This document shows, in pieces, positions 8,827 to 18,493 of a stretch of DNA of 64,000 nt. Numbering within the stretch: the stretch's first letter is position 1; the number at the start of each line of letters is the position of its first letter. Under the pieces are notes generated by a model. The model had not been told where the DNA came from, ran no database searches, and saw nothing but the letters and a program-made list of their open reading frames with translations. The stretch is from a virus. Made by a program: the position numbers and the translations under genes. The DNA is taken from positions 1 through 64,000 of IMG/VR virus record IMGVR_UViG_3300030108_003282; one strand, given 5' to 3'.

Positions 8827-9671
8827 TGGGATTAACCAATAGAAATAATGATAATAGAACAATACTACTTACTGGAAAAACTGGAACGGGAAAATCAACA
8901 AAGGCACTTACATTCGTAAGTGACCCGATTGTTCTTTATGCAAATGATATTGATTTTGACGTAGGCTCATTTCCTGTGGAGAATGGTATCGTTATTGAAG
9001 ATGTGCATTACAAGCCCGATAAGTCGGCAATAATGCACATTATACGAAATTATCGTGGTCAAGTAGTATTGACTTCTATTAACCAAAAGTCGGTTCCCAA
9101 AGAAATTAAGGATATGTGTAAAATCAAAAGAGCAGGCTCTCATAATTTTCTTGAGGAAGAAATAAAAGCAATCGCTCCGAATAGCGAAAGTCCTTTCTCT
9201 TTAGATAGAGATACGTATTCTATTGTGAACGGTTTTCTTAAGGAAAGAAATAGAGATTTGGTTGCTGAAATTTTATTGTTTAATAAACCATCAGATACAC
9301 AAATTTTATCTTGGCTGTCTGAAAATATGCATCCCAATAGATTAATTTTTGTTGATGGAAGAGTTAAGCGAAGATGGAGTCAAAGATACTTTTATGAGAT
9401 GCTTGCATATTCTCATACAGGTTCTTTTGTTGGACAATTGAATATGCCAAAAAGAAGAGCATATTCACAAATACCAAAACTAGCAAGAAGGCTTGGTATT
9501 AAGAACCAAAGACTTCTTCCTGATTTATTGAAAGATGAAGCGTTTAAAGAACAGGCAAAAAAGAAACTTAACAATGCTGAGTGTCGTTTGCTTAAAATTG
9601 GTGAAAAAAGACGTAGAAAGAAAACTACACCCATTGTAATAACACAAACATCATTGGAGGAATACCTTTGA
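8826..9671 (+). CDS. clamp-loader large subunit-like AAA+ protein
   Basis: GKTGTGKST, IVIEDV; C-terminal PIP box QTSLEEY; close to the RFC small subunit. Confidence 0.7.
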   Translation: MGLTNRNNDNRTILLTGKTGTGKSTKALTFVSDPIVLYANDIDFDVGSFPVENGIVIEDVHYKPDKSAIMHIIRNYRGQVVLTSINQKSVPKEIKDMCKIKRAGSHNFLEEEIKAIAPNSESPFSLDRDTYSIVNGFLKERNRDLVAEILLFNKPSDTQILSWLSENMHPNRLIFVDGRVKRRWSQRYFYEMLAYSHTGSFVGQLNMPKRRAYSQIPKLARRLGIKNQRLLPDLLKDEAFKEQAKKKLNNAECRLLKIGEKRRRKKTTPIVITQTSLEEYL

Positions 9672-9802
9672 AACCAAAATGCAAAATGTATGAGTGTCCT
9701 AACTGTTATAATATAAAAATAGGAAGAAGCAAGACATATTGTATGCTTTGTAGAAGACATACACATAAAATAAAAATGCATGTAAAAGAATATATATTTT
9801 AA
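9668..9802 (+). CDS. 44-aa zinc-finger peptide, TTG start (not in track)
   Basis: CPNC...CMLC; GGAGG SD; TTGA overlap. Confidence 0.5.
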   Translation: MKPKCKMYECPNCYNIKIGRSKTYCMLCRRHTHKIKMHVKEYIF

Positions 9803-9814
9803 GGAGAAATAAAA

Positions 9815-10318
9815 ATGAAAATAACAAAAAGAACAGTAAACCACCCATCAAAAGTATTTTGGTATTGTAAGGTTTGTAAAGAAAGAAGAGAAGATTGGAA
9901 AAGTAGGCAAAAATATTCAACATATCCTTTTTGTTCCTCAAACTGTAAAAAGTCTTTTCACACAAAACATGCCTTTGACAACAAAGGATATAAAACCTTC
10001 TTTACAAAAGATAGATTTAAAATTTGGCTACATAATCAAATAAGTATCTTTACTCCTCAATTCACTTCTATTAGACAAGACCATTCTTTTAGAAAATTAG
10101 TCAGAGATGAATTGTGGGCAATTAGGAAAGAAATGGTTTTAACAGAAGCAATATATTTTATTGTATTTATGCTTCAAGAACATGGAATACCTTATGTTAA
10201 GGATAGAAAATTGTATAATAATGTGTTTGGAACACATATCTCTGCATTATTAATGCAAGAGTTTAATCAAACTGCTCTTGATTATTTAGAAGAGGCGACA
10301 AATCTTTTGGAGGAATAA
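9815..10318 (+). CDS. treble-clef/TRASH-like zinc-finger protein
   Basis: CKVC...FCSSNC. Confidence 0.6.
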   Translation: MKITKRTVNHPSKVFWYCKVCKERREDWKSRQKYSTYPFCSSNCKKSFHTKHAFDNKGYKTFFTKDRFKIWLHNQISIFTPQFTSIRQDHSFRKLVRDELWAIRKEMVLTEAIYFIVFMLQEHGIPYVKDRKLYNNVFGTHISALLMQEFNQTALDYLEEATNLLEE

Positions 10319-10320
10319 AA

Positions 10321-11229
10321 ATGCTATGGACAGAAAAATATAGACCAAAGAAATTAAACGATGTAATAGGGCAGGAACATTTTACCTCAGATGCAAGAGG
10401 CTGGGTTGAAGAAAAAAATATGCCTAATGTTCTATTATACGGAAATCCTGGAAATGGTAAAACAGGTGCAGGATTAGCCATTGGAAGAGAAATATTGGGT
10501 GAAACATTTCAAGACAATTATGTTGAGGTAAATGCTTCGGATGATAGGCGTTTAGAAAATGTACGAACTACTATTAAGAATATTGCACAAAGCGGAACAA
10601 TTGGCGATGCACCATTCAGAATCGTATTATTAGATGAAATGGATGGTATGACTACCGATGCACAAAATGCCTTAAAGCGCATTATGGAAAGATATGCAAG
10701 TAATATTCGTTTTATCATTACCTGCAACGATAGAAATAAGATTATCTTTGCATTACAAAGTAGATGTGCAAATTATCATTTTAGACCCCTCTCTAATGAG
10801 GCCATGATGGACGTTTTATCTTCAATTCTTAAGGCTGAGGAAATAACCAAATTCTCGCAAGATGAATTGCACTCCTTTATATATGCTATGAATGGTGATA
10901 TGCGGAGGGCGATTACGGAACTACAAGCGGCAAAGGCAAGCAATTCCACCCTCAAAACGCAAATAAATGCAGGATTAAATGAATATAAGAAATTACTAAT
11001 GAAAATTATCAATAAAGATACCTTCGCATTAAGCAATATACATGACCTACTACATAACGGATTTACTATCCGTGAGGTTTGTATTGGCTTACATGACGCA
11101 GTTATCGAGACTGAATTAGATAGCAATATTAAATTCAAAGTATTACGAACAATAGGAGAAAGCGAATGGCGTTCAACCACTATGACTCCAAAGGTTTTAG
11201 CATCTTGGCTGATTAGTCAATTATCATAG
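10321..11229 (+). CDS. rfcS: replication factor C small subunit
   Basis: WTEKYRP, GNPGNGKT, NASD, LDEMD, ALQSRC, GDMRRA. Confidence 0.95.
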   Translation: MLWTEKYRPKKLNDVIGQEHFTSDARGWVEEKNMPNVLLYGNPGNGKTGAGLAIGREILGETFQDNYVEVNASDDRRLENVRTTIKNIAQSGTIGDAPFRIVLLDEMDGMTTDAQNALKRIMERYASNIRFIITCNDRNKIIFALQSRCANYHFRPLSNEAMMDVLSSILKAEEITKFSQDELHSFIYAMNGDMRRAITELQAAKASNSTLKTQINAGLNEYKKLLMKIINKDTFALSNIHDLLHNGFTIREVCIGLHDAVIETELDSNIKFKVLRTIGESEWRSTTMTPKVLASWLISQLS

Positions 11230-11270
11230 AATTGAACAAAACAAAACAAAAAAAATATGGAAGTGTAAAT

Positions 11271-12494
11271 ATGGATGAAAACATGAAAACAGAAATTGTA
11301 AAAAGTGCATCATACATCAGTATGACCGCAGAAGAAGCGATGAGCAAATTTGAAGAGATTTGTTCTGAAAACAACATTGAAACGACAAACCCTATCGCAA
11401 AGGGTCTTTGGAGAAACTTTGTTGCGAATGTGCGAAGAACCCAAAATACAGAAGGTTCTGAACAAAAGAGCAACGATTCTTACTTTAAGGCCGCTTTTGG
11501 TTTCTTCGTTTCTTTGGATGCCCCAAGAGATATGATGGCTTGGAACAGAATGAAGGCAAAAGAAGAGTTTATGCGTGATGCAGATAACGCCCTTGAACAA
11601 GGTATTGTTGCGATTGCTTCGCAAAATGCTCTTGGAAAGTGGGTTGTTTCCCGTTATCATAACGGTGAATACGGTGAAAAGACTGTTTCTACTCTCCCTT
11701 CGGGTGCAGAAGAAGCAGAAGATGGCCGTTTCTACATTCCTTTGGATAATACTGCTACCTACATGAATGGTGGTAAAAACAACAATTACGGTAAGCCTCT
11801 TCCCGCAGAACAAATGCGACGAAGTGGTGTGTTCTTTGGTTCTATTGGAGCAAGTGAGGAAATGAAGCCCTATTACTTCTCCTACAAGAATCAAGCGGGT
11901 GTTGATTTTGCACCGAATACTTTTGAATGGGTACATTTCCTGTGTATTGTCAATGATGCAGGAACAGATATTTATGGTGCAAAGGACTTGACTTTACAAA
12001 GTCTTTCGCTTAACTCTGACATGAACCCTGAAAATGAACTTTATCGTGATATGTCGTCCTTTGACTTTGAGGACTGTTTGAGAGAAAACTTTGAATCTCA
12101 TCTTGTTCCTCTTGTTGATATGGATAAAGCACACATTGGCCGACAAGCCCTTCCTTCTAAGGAAAGATATGTGATTACAGACGGAACTGTTTGTAATATG
12201 AATATGACTCCAACAAAGAACGGAAACAGAATCATTAATCTAACTGATTTAAATGCAGAAATGGATTATGATTCCGATGAAAGCGGCATTACTACCTGCT
12301 GGATTCCTGAACATTTGTCTCTTGATTTCGGTATTGGTTCTTCTGTTATTGTTATTGGCAGAACAAGCCAAAGAACGACAGATGAAGGAGTTGAACCAAC
12401 AACAATCAATGTTGCTGGTATTTACTGCACAGTTCGTCATGGTTCAGCAGTAGAGGTTTCAGTTCCAGTAGAAGAGGACTTCGACTGGTTTTGA
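11271..12494 (+). CDS. rpa: RPA-like OB-fold ssDNA-binding protein
   Basis: N-terminal helical domain, C-terminal OB fold (LTD...TCW...IG), acidic-aromatic tail EEDFDWF; replication context. Confidence 0.65.
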   Translation: MDENMKTEIVKSASYISMTAEEAMSKFEEICSENNIETTNPIAKGLWRNFVANVRRTQNTEGSEQKSNDSYFKAAFGFFVSLDAPRDMMAWNRMKAKEEFMRDADNALEQGIVAIASQNALGKWVVSRYHNGEYGEKTVSTLPSGAEEAEDGRFYIPLDNTATYMNGGKNNNYGKPLPAEQMRRSGVFFGSIGASEEMKPYYFSYKNQAGVDFAPNTFEWVHFLCIVNDAGTDIYGAKDLTLQSLSLNSDMNPENELYRDMSSFDFEDCLRENFESHLVPLVDMDKAHIGRQALPSKERYVITDGTVCNMNMTPTKNGNRIINLTDLNAEMDYDSDESGITTCWIPEHLSLDFGIGSSVIVIGRTSQRTTDEGVEPTTINVAGIYCTVRHGSAVEVSVPVEEDFDWF

Positions 12495-12514
12495 TTAAAA
12501 ACCTTTCTTTGTGT

Positions 12515-12568
12515 AATCGTTGGCGTTAATGACGGTCATAGGGGTGCGAAGCCTCTATTTAAAAAAAA
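12515..12568 (+). terminator. intergenic hairpin(s) downstream of rpa
   Basis: ATAGGGGT-GCGAA-GCCTCTAT stem-loop (12538-12558) with a weaker stem upstream and an A8 tract downstream. Confidence 0.45.
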
Positions 12569-12577
12569 GGTGTAAAT

Positions 12578-12874
12578 ATGGAAAAGATTACAATTAATGA
12601 TTATAAGTCAGCGTTTATCGCTGAAGAGTTTGTCATTAAGTCTGGTAGTTGGATTATTGATTTAAAGGATGTTCAATTTATGACATACCGACTTAATGAG
12701 AAAGATGAGACTTCCTATCTTGTTGCATTCCACATTGGAGATAAAGAAACCAAAATAATGGTTGATGATATTTCAGCAGTAAAAGAATTATTTACTGCTT
12801 GGACAAATGCTAAAGGATTGGAATTAGAATTTGAAAGAAACGATATAAAAGGAGAAGTGAAAGAATGGGATTAA
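12578..12874 (+). CDS. hypothetical protein
   Basis: AGGTG SD, ORF. Confidence 0.65.
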   Translation: MEKITINDYKSAFIAEEFVIKSGSWIIDLKDVQFMTYRLNEKDETSYLVAFHIGDKETKIMVDDISAVKELFTAWTNAKGLELEFERNDIKGEVKEWD

Positions 12875-13680
12875 CCAGCGGAAAAACGAAAATTGATGAA
12901 GGAATGGCACAAAACGCAAGGGTTGTGGCTTTTAAGGATAAACTGGCAAAACAGACGGCAGGGCGATTGGCTCGTAAAAACCGTTTAATTTGTGGTATTT
13001 GGGGAGAACCAAAGACTGTTAAAAGTGGTTTGGCTCTTGATTTTCCAAATAAGCAAATTTATGTTCTTGACTGGGATGATGGTTGCGAACCAACATGGCG
13101 ACAAAACCATGAAATGACGGATAGGATTACTCTTTGGAATCCTGAAGTACGAAACAAAAACGGTGAACTAGATATTCAAAAGTCTGAAGCAAATTCAGAA
13201 GATTTTGTTCTCTTTGTTAAGTCAAAGATTGAAGAAGGCGAAGATTGTCTTTTTGTCTTTGACGGTGTAGATAAGTGGCTTGATTGTTGCACATTAAATG
13301 TAACTGGCTCTTCAAAAATTGGAAAGCCACAAAAGATGAAGTTTGAGTGGGGCAAGAGAAATGCTCCATTTTATTCTCTTTTGATGATGTGTAAGAATCT
13401 TGATTGCGACCAAATCTACATTACACACGCAAAGGCTGATTATGGAGCAACAGGTGAAGTTATTGGTTCTAAACCAAACTGGCACAATTGGGGAGATTAT
13501 CTGTATCAAATTATTTCAACAAGAAGAACACGCAAAAAGAACGATGTTGTTTACAAGGCTGAATTACTCAGCAGTAAAACTAACACCGAATTAGTGGGCA
13601 AATCTTGGGAAACATTAACTGTTGGTAGCGGTAAAGTTTCTTGGGAAGGAATGTCTGAATTGCGTGAGGGATTGATTTGA
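12865..13680 (+). CDS. RecA-superfamily (Sak4/RadB-like) ATPase
   Basis: GIWGEPKTVKSG (variant Walker A), LDWD, FVFDG Walker B, YITH. Confidence 0.75.
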   Translation: MGLTSGKTKIDEGMAQNARVVAFKDKLAKQTAGRLARKNRLICGIWGEPKTVKSGLALDFPNKQIYVLDWDDGCEPTWRQNHEMTDRITLWNPEVRNKNGELDIQKSEANSEDFVLFVKSKIEEGEDCLFVFDGVDKWLDCCTLNVTGSSKIGKPQKMKFEWGKRNAPFYSLLMMCKNLDCDQIYITHAKADYGATGEVIGSKPNWHNWGDYLYQIISTRRTRKKNDVVYKAELLSSKTNTELVGKSWETLTVGSGKVSWEGMSELREGLI

Positions 13681-14264
13681 GAAAAACATCAGAAATTATT
13701 GGTTTGCCACCTAAAACAAGGTTAGGCCACGCAGTAGGCTGTGAGGTCAAGGGTTGCCAAAGTTATGGGCATAAAACCCCAGCAGGATATATTTATTCAA
13801 AATGTGTCACGCACCGTATTTTAAATGGAGAAAAGAGTTCTCGCTTAGGTAAAACATTATGTAAAGCCACAAAAAAGGCGGGAGGTAAATGTAGAGCGAG
13901 AGCAATTGATGGGACTGATTTTTGCCAAATGCACCATTGGGAATCAACGGGTCTTAAAAACGAAATCTATGTGGATATGCCCAAAAATAAGGCAAAAATA
14001 GTAGAATATCCAGAAGACCACCCATTAGCAAAAAATGTTAATGAAAACCCAGAAGAAATTCCAGACTTTATTTTAAAAGAAACTGATATTGAAAAACTCA
14101 GGGCTATATGCTTAGTAGTGTTTGAAGAATACCCTCAGCATTGGTCAGATATTGTTTCTATTGCTAAAAGAAAAATAGAAAATAAAGAAAAGAATAGCAT
14201 GATTATGTCAAAAATTAATGTTTTACAATTAGAAATAAATAAATTAAGAGAGGAATTAAAATGA
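13677..14264 (+). CDS. multi-zinc-finger protein with coiled-coil tail
   Basis: CEVKGC...CVTH; CKATKKAGGKC...FCQMH. Confidence 0.6.
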   Translation: MRKTSEIIGLPPKTRLGHAVGCEVKGCQSYGHKTPAGYIYSKCVTHRILNGEKSSRLGKTLCKATKKAGGKCRARAIDGTDFCQMHHWESTGLKNEIYVDMPKNKAKIVEYPEDHPLAKNVNENPEEIPDFILKETDIEKLRAICLVVFEEYPQHWSDIVSIAKRKIENKEKNSMIMSKINVLQLEINKLREELK

Positions 14265-15028
14265 AATTCACAATTGATAGTGATACTCTAAAGAAAGCAT
14301 TAGAAAGCGTTCAAGTAAGAGGCAAAGGAACAACAAATAGTGGTTTTGGCTCAACTAATTTTGGCACTTATGCCTATATTGTTGCTGATACTGCTTCTAT
14401 TGAGATTTGGAATGGTAATCCAACATTCTGTGTCAAAATTGTTATTGACGCTAATGTTGAAGAACAAGGCAGGGTTTGTGTTGATAGTTCAGCAGTAGTT
14501 CCCTATCTAAAGAATTTTAGTGGAGAAGATATTGTTTTCTCCGTTAGTGATTTTGTTCTTATTAATTGTGGTACTAAGAGAGCATCTATTCCTTTGGTTG
14601 TTAATCATCCAAATGCTGACGCTATCTCAAGACTACAAAATATGCTTAACCCGATTTCATATGAAATTCAACCTCAGACGCTTTTCAACTTTGGTAAGTC
14701 AAAGTTTGAGGGAGCATTTACTCTTACACAAAGACAATTGCAGGATTCAATCAAAGCCTGTGAGTTAGTTAAAAGCGGAGTATATAAATTTGATTTTAAT
14801 AAGGGTTTGTTGAATATTTCGACACGCCAAAATGTTACGAACAAATACGAAGAAACAATAACTCCTGCTTTTCCTACGGGAGAACCTGCTACGGTGGAGT
14901 TTAGTTCGCCAATCTATGCTTTCTTTGAGAAAGACCAGATGTTGAACTTTTACATGAGAGATGATTTTCCTCTCTTGGTTGTAGCAAATGATAGAATGCT
15001 ATTGAAAGCACCACATATTTCAGGGTGA
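14261..15028 (+). CDS. pcn: DNA sliding clamp (PCNA-like)
   Basis: 255 aa, MKFTID..LKKAL start, P-L...LLKAP end; directly precedes PolB. Confidence 0.75.
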   Translation: MKFTIDSDTLKKALESVQVRGKGTTNSGFGSTNFGTYAYIVADTASIEIWNGNPTFCVKIVIDANVEEQGRVCVDSSAVVPYLKNFSGEDIVFSVSDFVLINCGTKRASIPLVVNHPNADAISRLQNMLNPISYEIQPQTLFNFGKSKFEGAFTLTQRQLQDSIKACELVKSGVYKFDFNKGLLNISTRQNVTNKYEETITPAFPTGEPATVEFSSPIYAFFEKDQMLNFYMRDDFPLLVVANDRMLLKAPHISG

Positions 15029-15034
15029 ATAATA

Positions 15035-16690
15035 ATGATAATTAATAGAATGGAAGATGGAAATAGAATATACAAATCTTGGAGAGAAAACGGAGAAAAG
15101 AAACACGAGATTGTTCCTTTTCGGCCTTATTTTTATGTTAAAGAAGATAGTGCAGAACCATTTGAATATAGACCTACTAAATATATTAGTCGGGAGTTTG
15201 AGTATATTCGTGGCGACTGGGTTAATCTTAACAACGAGCCATTGAAGAAGGTCATTGTTGAGACTTCTCACGATATGCGAAAAGCAAAGGATATGTTCGG
15301 TGAAACCTACGAAGCCGATGTTCCTTTTCATTTTCGCTATTGTGTTGATGAATTAGATGAAATGCCCGAATATAAACTGCGTAAGTGGTATTGGGATATG
15401 GAATGGCAACAAGGTGGAGATTATCACGACCAATTGACTACAATTGTTGTTTATGATAACTTTGATGAAACCTATTATCAATGGGTATGGTTTCCCGAAT
15501 TTGATAAGGATTTTATGGATAATATAGAAAATTGTGATAAGAAGATTTTCTCAAGTGAAAGAGATATGATTGAGAATTTTATGAACACCATGATTGTAAA
15601 AGACCCCGATATGTTAATTGCTTGGTTCGGTCATTTTGCTGATTTACCAAAGTTATTTGAACGGGCTTGTGCGGTGGGTCTTGACCCTCGCATTATTTCA
15701 CCAACGGCAACAGTTAAGGGAGTTAAGTCTGTAAAAGACGGCTATGAGTTCAAATATTCGGAGAAAGGTTTTTCTCCAATTGAACAACCTATTGGTGGTC
15801 GAATTACACTTTCTTTGGATTTGGCATTTGAAAGACAATGGAATGATTCTCAAAGAGGAACATTACCTTCTCTTTCTCTCGACTATATCGGTGAAACAGT
15901 TCTTGATAAGAAGAAGTTAGTATCGAAAAAGTTTCCTGATACTAACGAATTTTATCGTAGGGGTTGGCTAGAAGATACAGCGACTTATCTTCAATATGCT
16001 TTGAGAGATGTTGAATTGATGGTTGAAATTGATGAAACTAATTTTTGTAGTGAAGCAATCCTTTCTCTTCAACGATTACTGAAAGCACCATTTGATGCTT
16101 GTTTTTACGCAAGCCATATGGGTTCTATTTATTTCATGCGAAATGCTTGGTGGAAAGCACCAACAGGCAATAAAGTAGATAAGAGACAAGAATATGAAGG
16201 TGCGATGATTTATGACCCGTTAAGCGAAGGAACAAACGGATTACATCTTAATGTAGCCGCTTTTGATTTTGCTGGTCTATACCCTTCAATGATGATTGCT
16301 CGCAATATTAGTTGGGAAACTAAATCCGAAGAACCAACGGAGTTTGCAGTAAATATTCTTACTCCGAGAGACTTTAGTGAAACAAAGAGTAAACAAATGT
16401 TGTATTACAAAACAGATAAATTGGGTCTTTTGCCGAGAGCCGTTCTTGAATTGAAGGAGTTGCGAAATGAATATAAGCGTCTTATGCGAGAGGCAAGAGA
16501 AACGGATAATGGCGAGTATGCAAAGTGGTATAACAATCAAATGGCAGTAAAGCGATTAATGGCTTCTTTTTACGGAATTGTTGCTTTTCAAGGATTTGGA
16601 TGGGCTGATGTAGATTTAGCAGCATCTATTACCGCAAGTGCAAGAGAAGCAATTAGATTAGCGGCATTTGCCGCAAAGGAGATGGAATAA
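15035..16690 (+). CDS. polB: family B DNA polymerase, N-terminal part (exonuclease, motifs A and B)
   Basis: YEADV, WDME, YALRD, DFAGLYPS, KRLMASFYG. Confidence 0.95.
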   Translation: MIINRMEDGNRIYKSWRENGEKKHEIVPFRPYFYVKEDSAEPFEYRPTKYISREFEYIRGDWVNLNNEPLKKVIVETSHDMRKAKDMFGETYEADVPFHFRYCVDELDEMPEYKLRKWYWDMEWQQGGDYHDQLTTIVVYDNFDETYYQWVWFPEFDKDFMDNIENCDKKIFSSERDMIENFMNTMIVKDPDMLIAWFGHFADLPKLFERACAVGLDPRIISPTATVKGVKSVKDGYEFKYSEKGFSPIEQPIGGRITLSLDLAFERQWNDSQRGTLPSLSLDYIGETVLDKKKLVSKKFPDTNEFYRRGWLEDTATYLQYALRDVELMVEIDETNFCSEAILSLQRLLKAPFDACFYASHMGSIYFMRNAWWKAPTGNKVDKRQEYEGAMIYDPLSEGTNGLHLNVAAFDFAGLYPSMMIARNISWETKSEEPTEFAVNILTPRDFSETKSKQMLYYKTDKLGLLPRAVLELKELRNEYKRLMREARETDNGEYAKWYNNQMAVKRLMASFYGIVAFQGFGWADVDLAASITASAREAIRLAAFAAKEME

Positions 16691-16936
16691 ATGGGAAGAA
16701 GTGCAGGTAATATGAGAATCAAAAAGAAGTTGCTTGAGTCTCTAAAGCAAGTAGAAGACCCAGATAAGTTTCAAATAGATGAAATTATTGATTTTTACAA
16801 TAGAGAACATGGCACTTATTATAAGACTGCTAGAATAGTTAAACTTCTACAACCATATGCTTTTCCTGTTGGAACTAAATCAAGAACAAAATTTTGGGTA
16901 GTGAAAGAAGAATGGAGGCACATTTATGAAAACTAA
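16691..16936 (+). CDS. small wHTH-like hypothetical protein
   Basis: ORF between the PolB halves. Confidence 0.55.
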   Translation: MGRSAGNMRIKKKLLESLKQVEDPDKFQIDEIIDFYNREHGTYYKTARIVKLLQPYAFPVGTKSRTKFWVVKEEWRHIYEN

Positions 16937-17099
16937 ATACATTACAGTTAAGTTGTCTTATGACACAGAAGAAACCTATGATATTACAATGCAGGAAGTA
17001 AAAGAGATTTTTCAAATGATGAACAATCTAAAACGAAACGCTATCATTGTAGACATTGAACAAGGTGTGAATGAAAATGATGATGGACAAAACGAATGA
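16926..17099 (+). CDS. 57-aa hypothetical protein (not in track)
   Basis: MKTKYITVKLSYD..., GGAGG SD. Confidence 0.55.
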   Translation: MKTKYITVKLSYDTEETYDITMQEVKEIFQMMNNLKRNAIIVDIEQGVNENDDGQNE

Positions 17100-17208
17100 A
17101 TTACTTGAGGAGTTGTTGAATATGATAGCAAAATCAAATAGAATACTAATGATGGTTAATATCGTAAATATTGCCACTATCCTAACAATTGTAGCGGTGA
17201 TAGCATGA
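17071..17208 (+). CDS. ~45-aa tail-anchored membrane peptide (not in track)
   Basis: ...SNRILMMVNIVNIATILTIVAVIA*; ATGA overlap with the next gene; exact start Met uncertain. Confidence 0.55.
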   Translation: MKMMMDKTNELLEELLNMIAKSNRILMMVNIVNIATILTIVAVIA

Positions 17209-17405
17209 CGGATGAAATTAAAAAACTACGGAGCGAAATCGACTCGCTTAAAGCACAAATTAAAGCATTGAAAAATGATTTAGATTTTCTTTATGATAAC
17301 AAGAAGAATCTACCAAAGATGATTGCTTGTATTCGTGAATTACAAGAAGAAGTTTCTAAATTATCTGGACAGCCTGTTGGAATACAATTTGACTACATGG
17401 GGTGA
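17205..17405 (+). CDS. coiled-coil protein
   Basis: heptad pattern; GGTGA SD. Confidence 0.6.
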   Translation: MTDEIKKLRSEIDSLKAQIKALKNDLDFLYDNKKNLPKMIACIRELQEEVSKLSGQPVGIQFDYMG

Positions 17406-17409
17406 TTAA

Positions 17410-18303
17410 ATGAAAGTAGTTTATGGACACACAGATTCTATTTATGTTCAAATAGATTCAGTAGAAGAAGCACAAAATTCAATTAAAAAGATTGAAGAAA
17501 AGGTACGGGAACATTTCCCCAATATTATGGGATTAGACAATCATCCTGTTGTTCTTGAGTTTGAGAAGTATTATTCAGCATTAGGTGTTGGAACGACCAA
17601 AAACAGAAACGCAGGACTAGTATCTTGGGAAGATGGAGAATGGTTAGAAAAGCCAAAGTTTAGTATGACTGGATTTACAGCAAAGCGTGTTAGTGAAACT
17701 AAATTGGCTAAACATATTCAAACTGAAACTCTCAAAATGTGGGTTGAAGGTAAAACACAAGCAGAAATTGTGAATTATCTACACCGCCAATATACAATGG
17801 TTCTTGATGGAGAATTGAGTATAATGCCTCTCATCAAAAGAAGCCGTCTAAGGGAAAATAGATTCATGGTAAAATGCCCCGAATGTAATACAAAGTATCA
17901 TGTTCGTGATTGTATTAACTTGAAACATAAGGTATGTGAAAAGTGTGCAACAGAAACGACTAGATTTACAACCCTTGATGGAAAGAAACCTACATTTGGT
18001 GCTGGTATTGCAGGTGTTTTGTATGCTTGGGAAAAGAAAAACACTAATTTTGATGACTCTTATATTTATTTAAAAGTAAAGGGCGTAAATGATTTTTATA
18101 CGCATCCTTTAACGCAAGAAAGGCGAGAAGTTGAATACTTATCAGGCACAACCGCAAAGGATTTTAGCGGTTATCGTCCAGACCTTGCGTTCTATGCCTC
18201 GCAAGTGGTAAAGAAGGCCGAACCGATTTTCAAGGCGATGGATTGGGATATATCGGCCATACGGACGGGGAGATTACAGGCAAGCCTTGATGAATGGTGG
18301 TGA
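17410..18303 (+). CDS. polB: family B DNA polymerase, C-terminal part (motif C, thumb)
   Basis: VVYGHTDS, LEFEK, KNRNAG, zinc insert CPEC..CEKC, PIP box QASLDEWW. Confidence 0.93.
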   Translation: MKVVYGHTDSIYVQIDSVEEAQNSIKKIEEKVREHFPNIMGLDNHPVVLEFEKYYSALGVGTTKNRNAGLVSWEDGEWLEKPKFSMTGFTAKRVSETKLAKHIQTETLKMWVEGKTQAEIVNYLHRQYTMVLDGELSIMPLIKRSRLRENRFMVKCPECNTKYHVRDCINLKHKVCEKCATETTRFTTLDGKKPTFGAGIAGVLYAWEKKNTNFDDSYIYLKVKGVNDFYTHPLTQERREVEYLSGTTAKDFSGYRPDLAFYASQVVKKAEPIFKAMDWDISAIRTGRLQASLDEWW

Positions 18304-18307
18304 AAAT

Positions 18308-18493
18308 ATGGAAAGAAAAGAAATAGAAGAGAAAAAGAAAAAATTGATGGAACACTATGAAAGAATGTTAGTTGGAGATACGGAAGGACATTTAGGAGAA
18401 TATTCCTTTATTGACCATCTTATTCTGACTATTGATTTCCTTGAATGGGAAATTAAAGATAGAATGGAGGCTGAGATAAATGAACACCGATGA
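18308..18493 (+). CDS. hypothetical protein
   Basis: GGTGA SD before MERKE. Confidence 0.55.
   Translation: MERKEIEEKKKKLMEHYERMLVGDTEGHLGEYSFIDHLILTIDFLEWEIKDRMEAEINEHR

Noticed and set aside
16691-17409. Intron or split intein in polB
   Set aside because: No intein termini or intron-like core seen; the gap is filled with SD-led ORFs and the C-half has its own SD.
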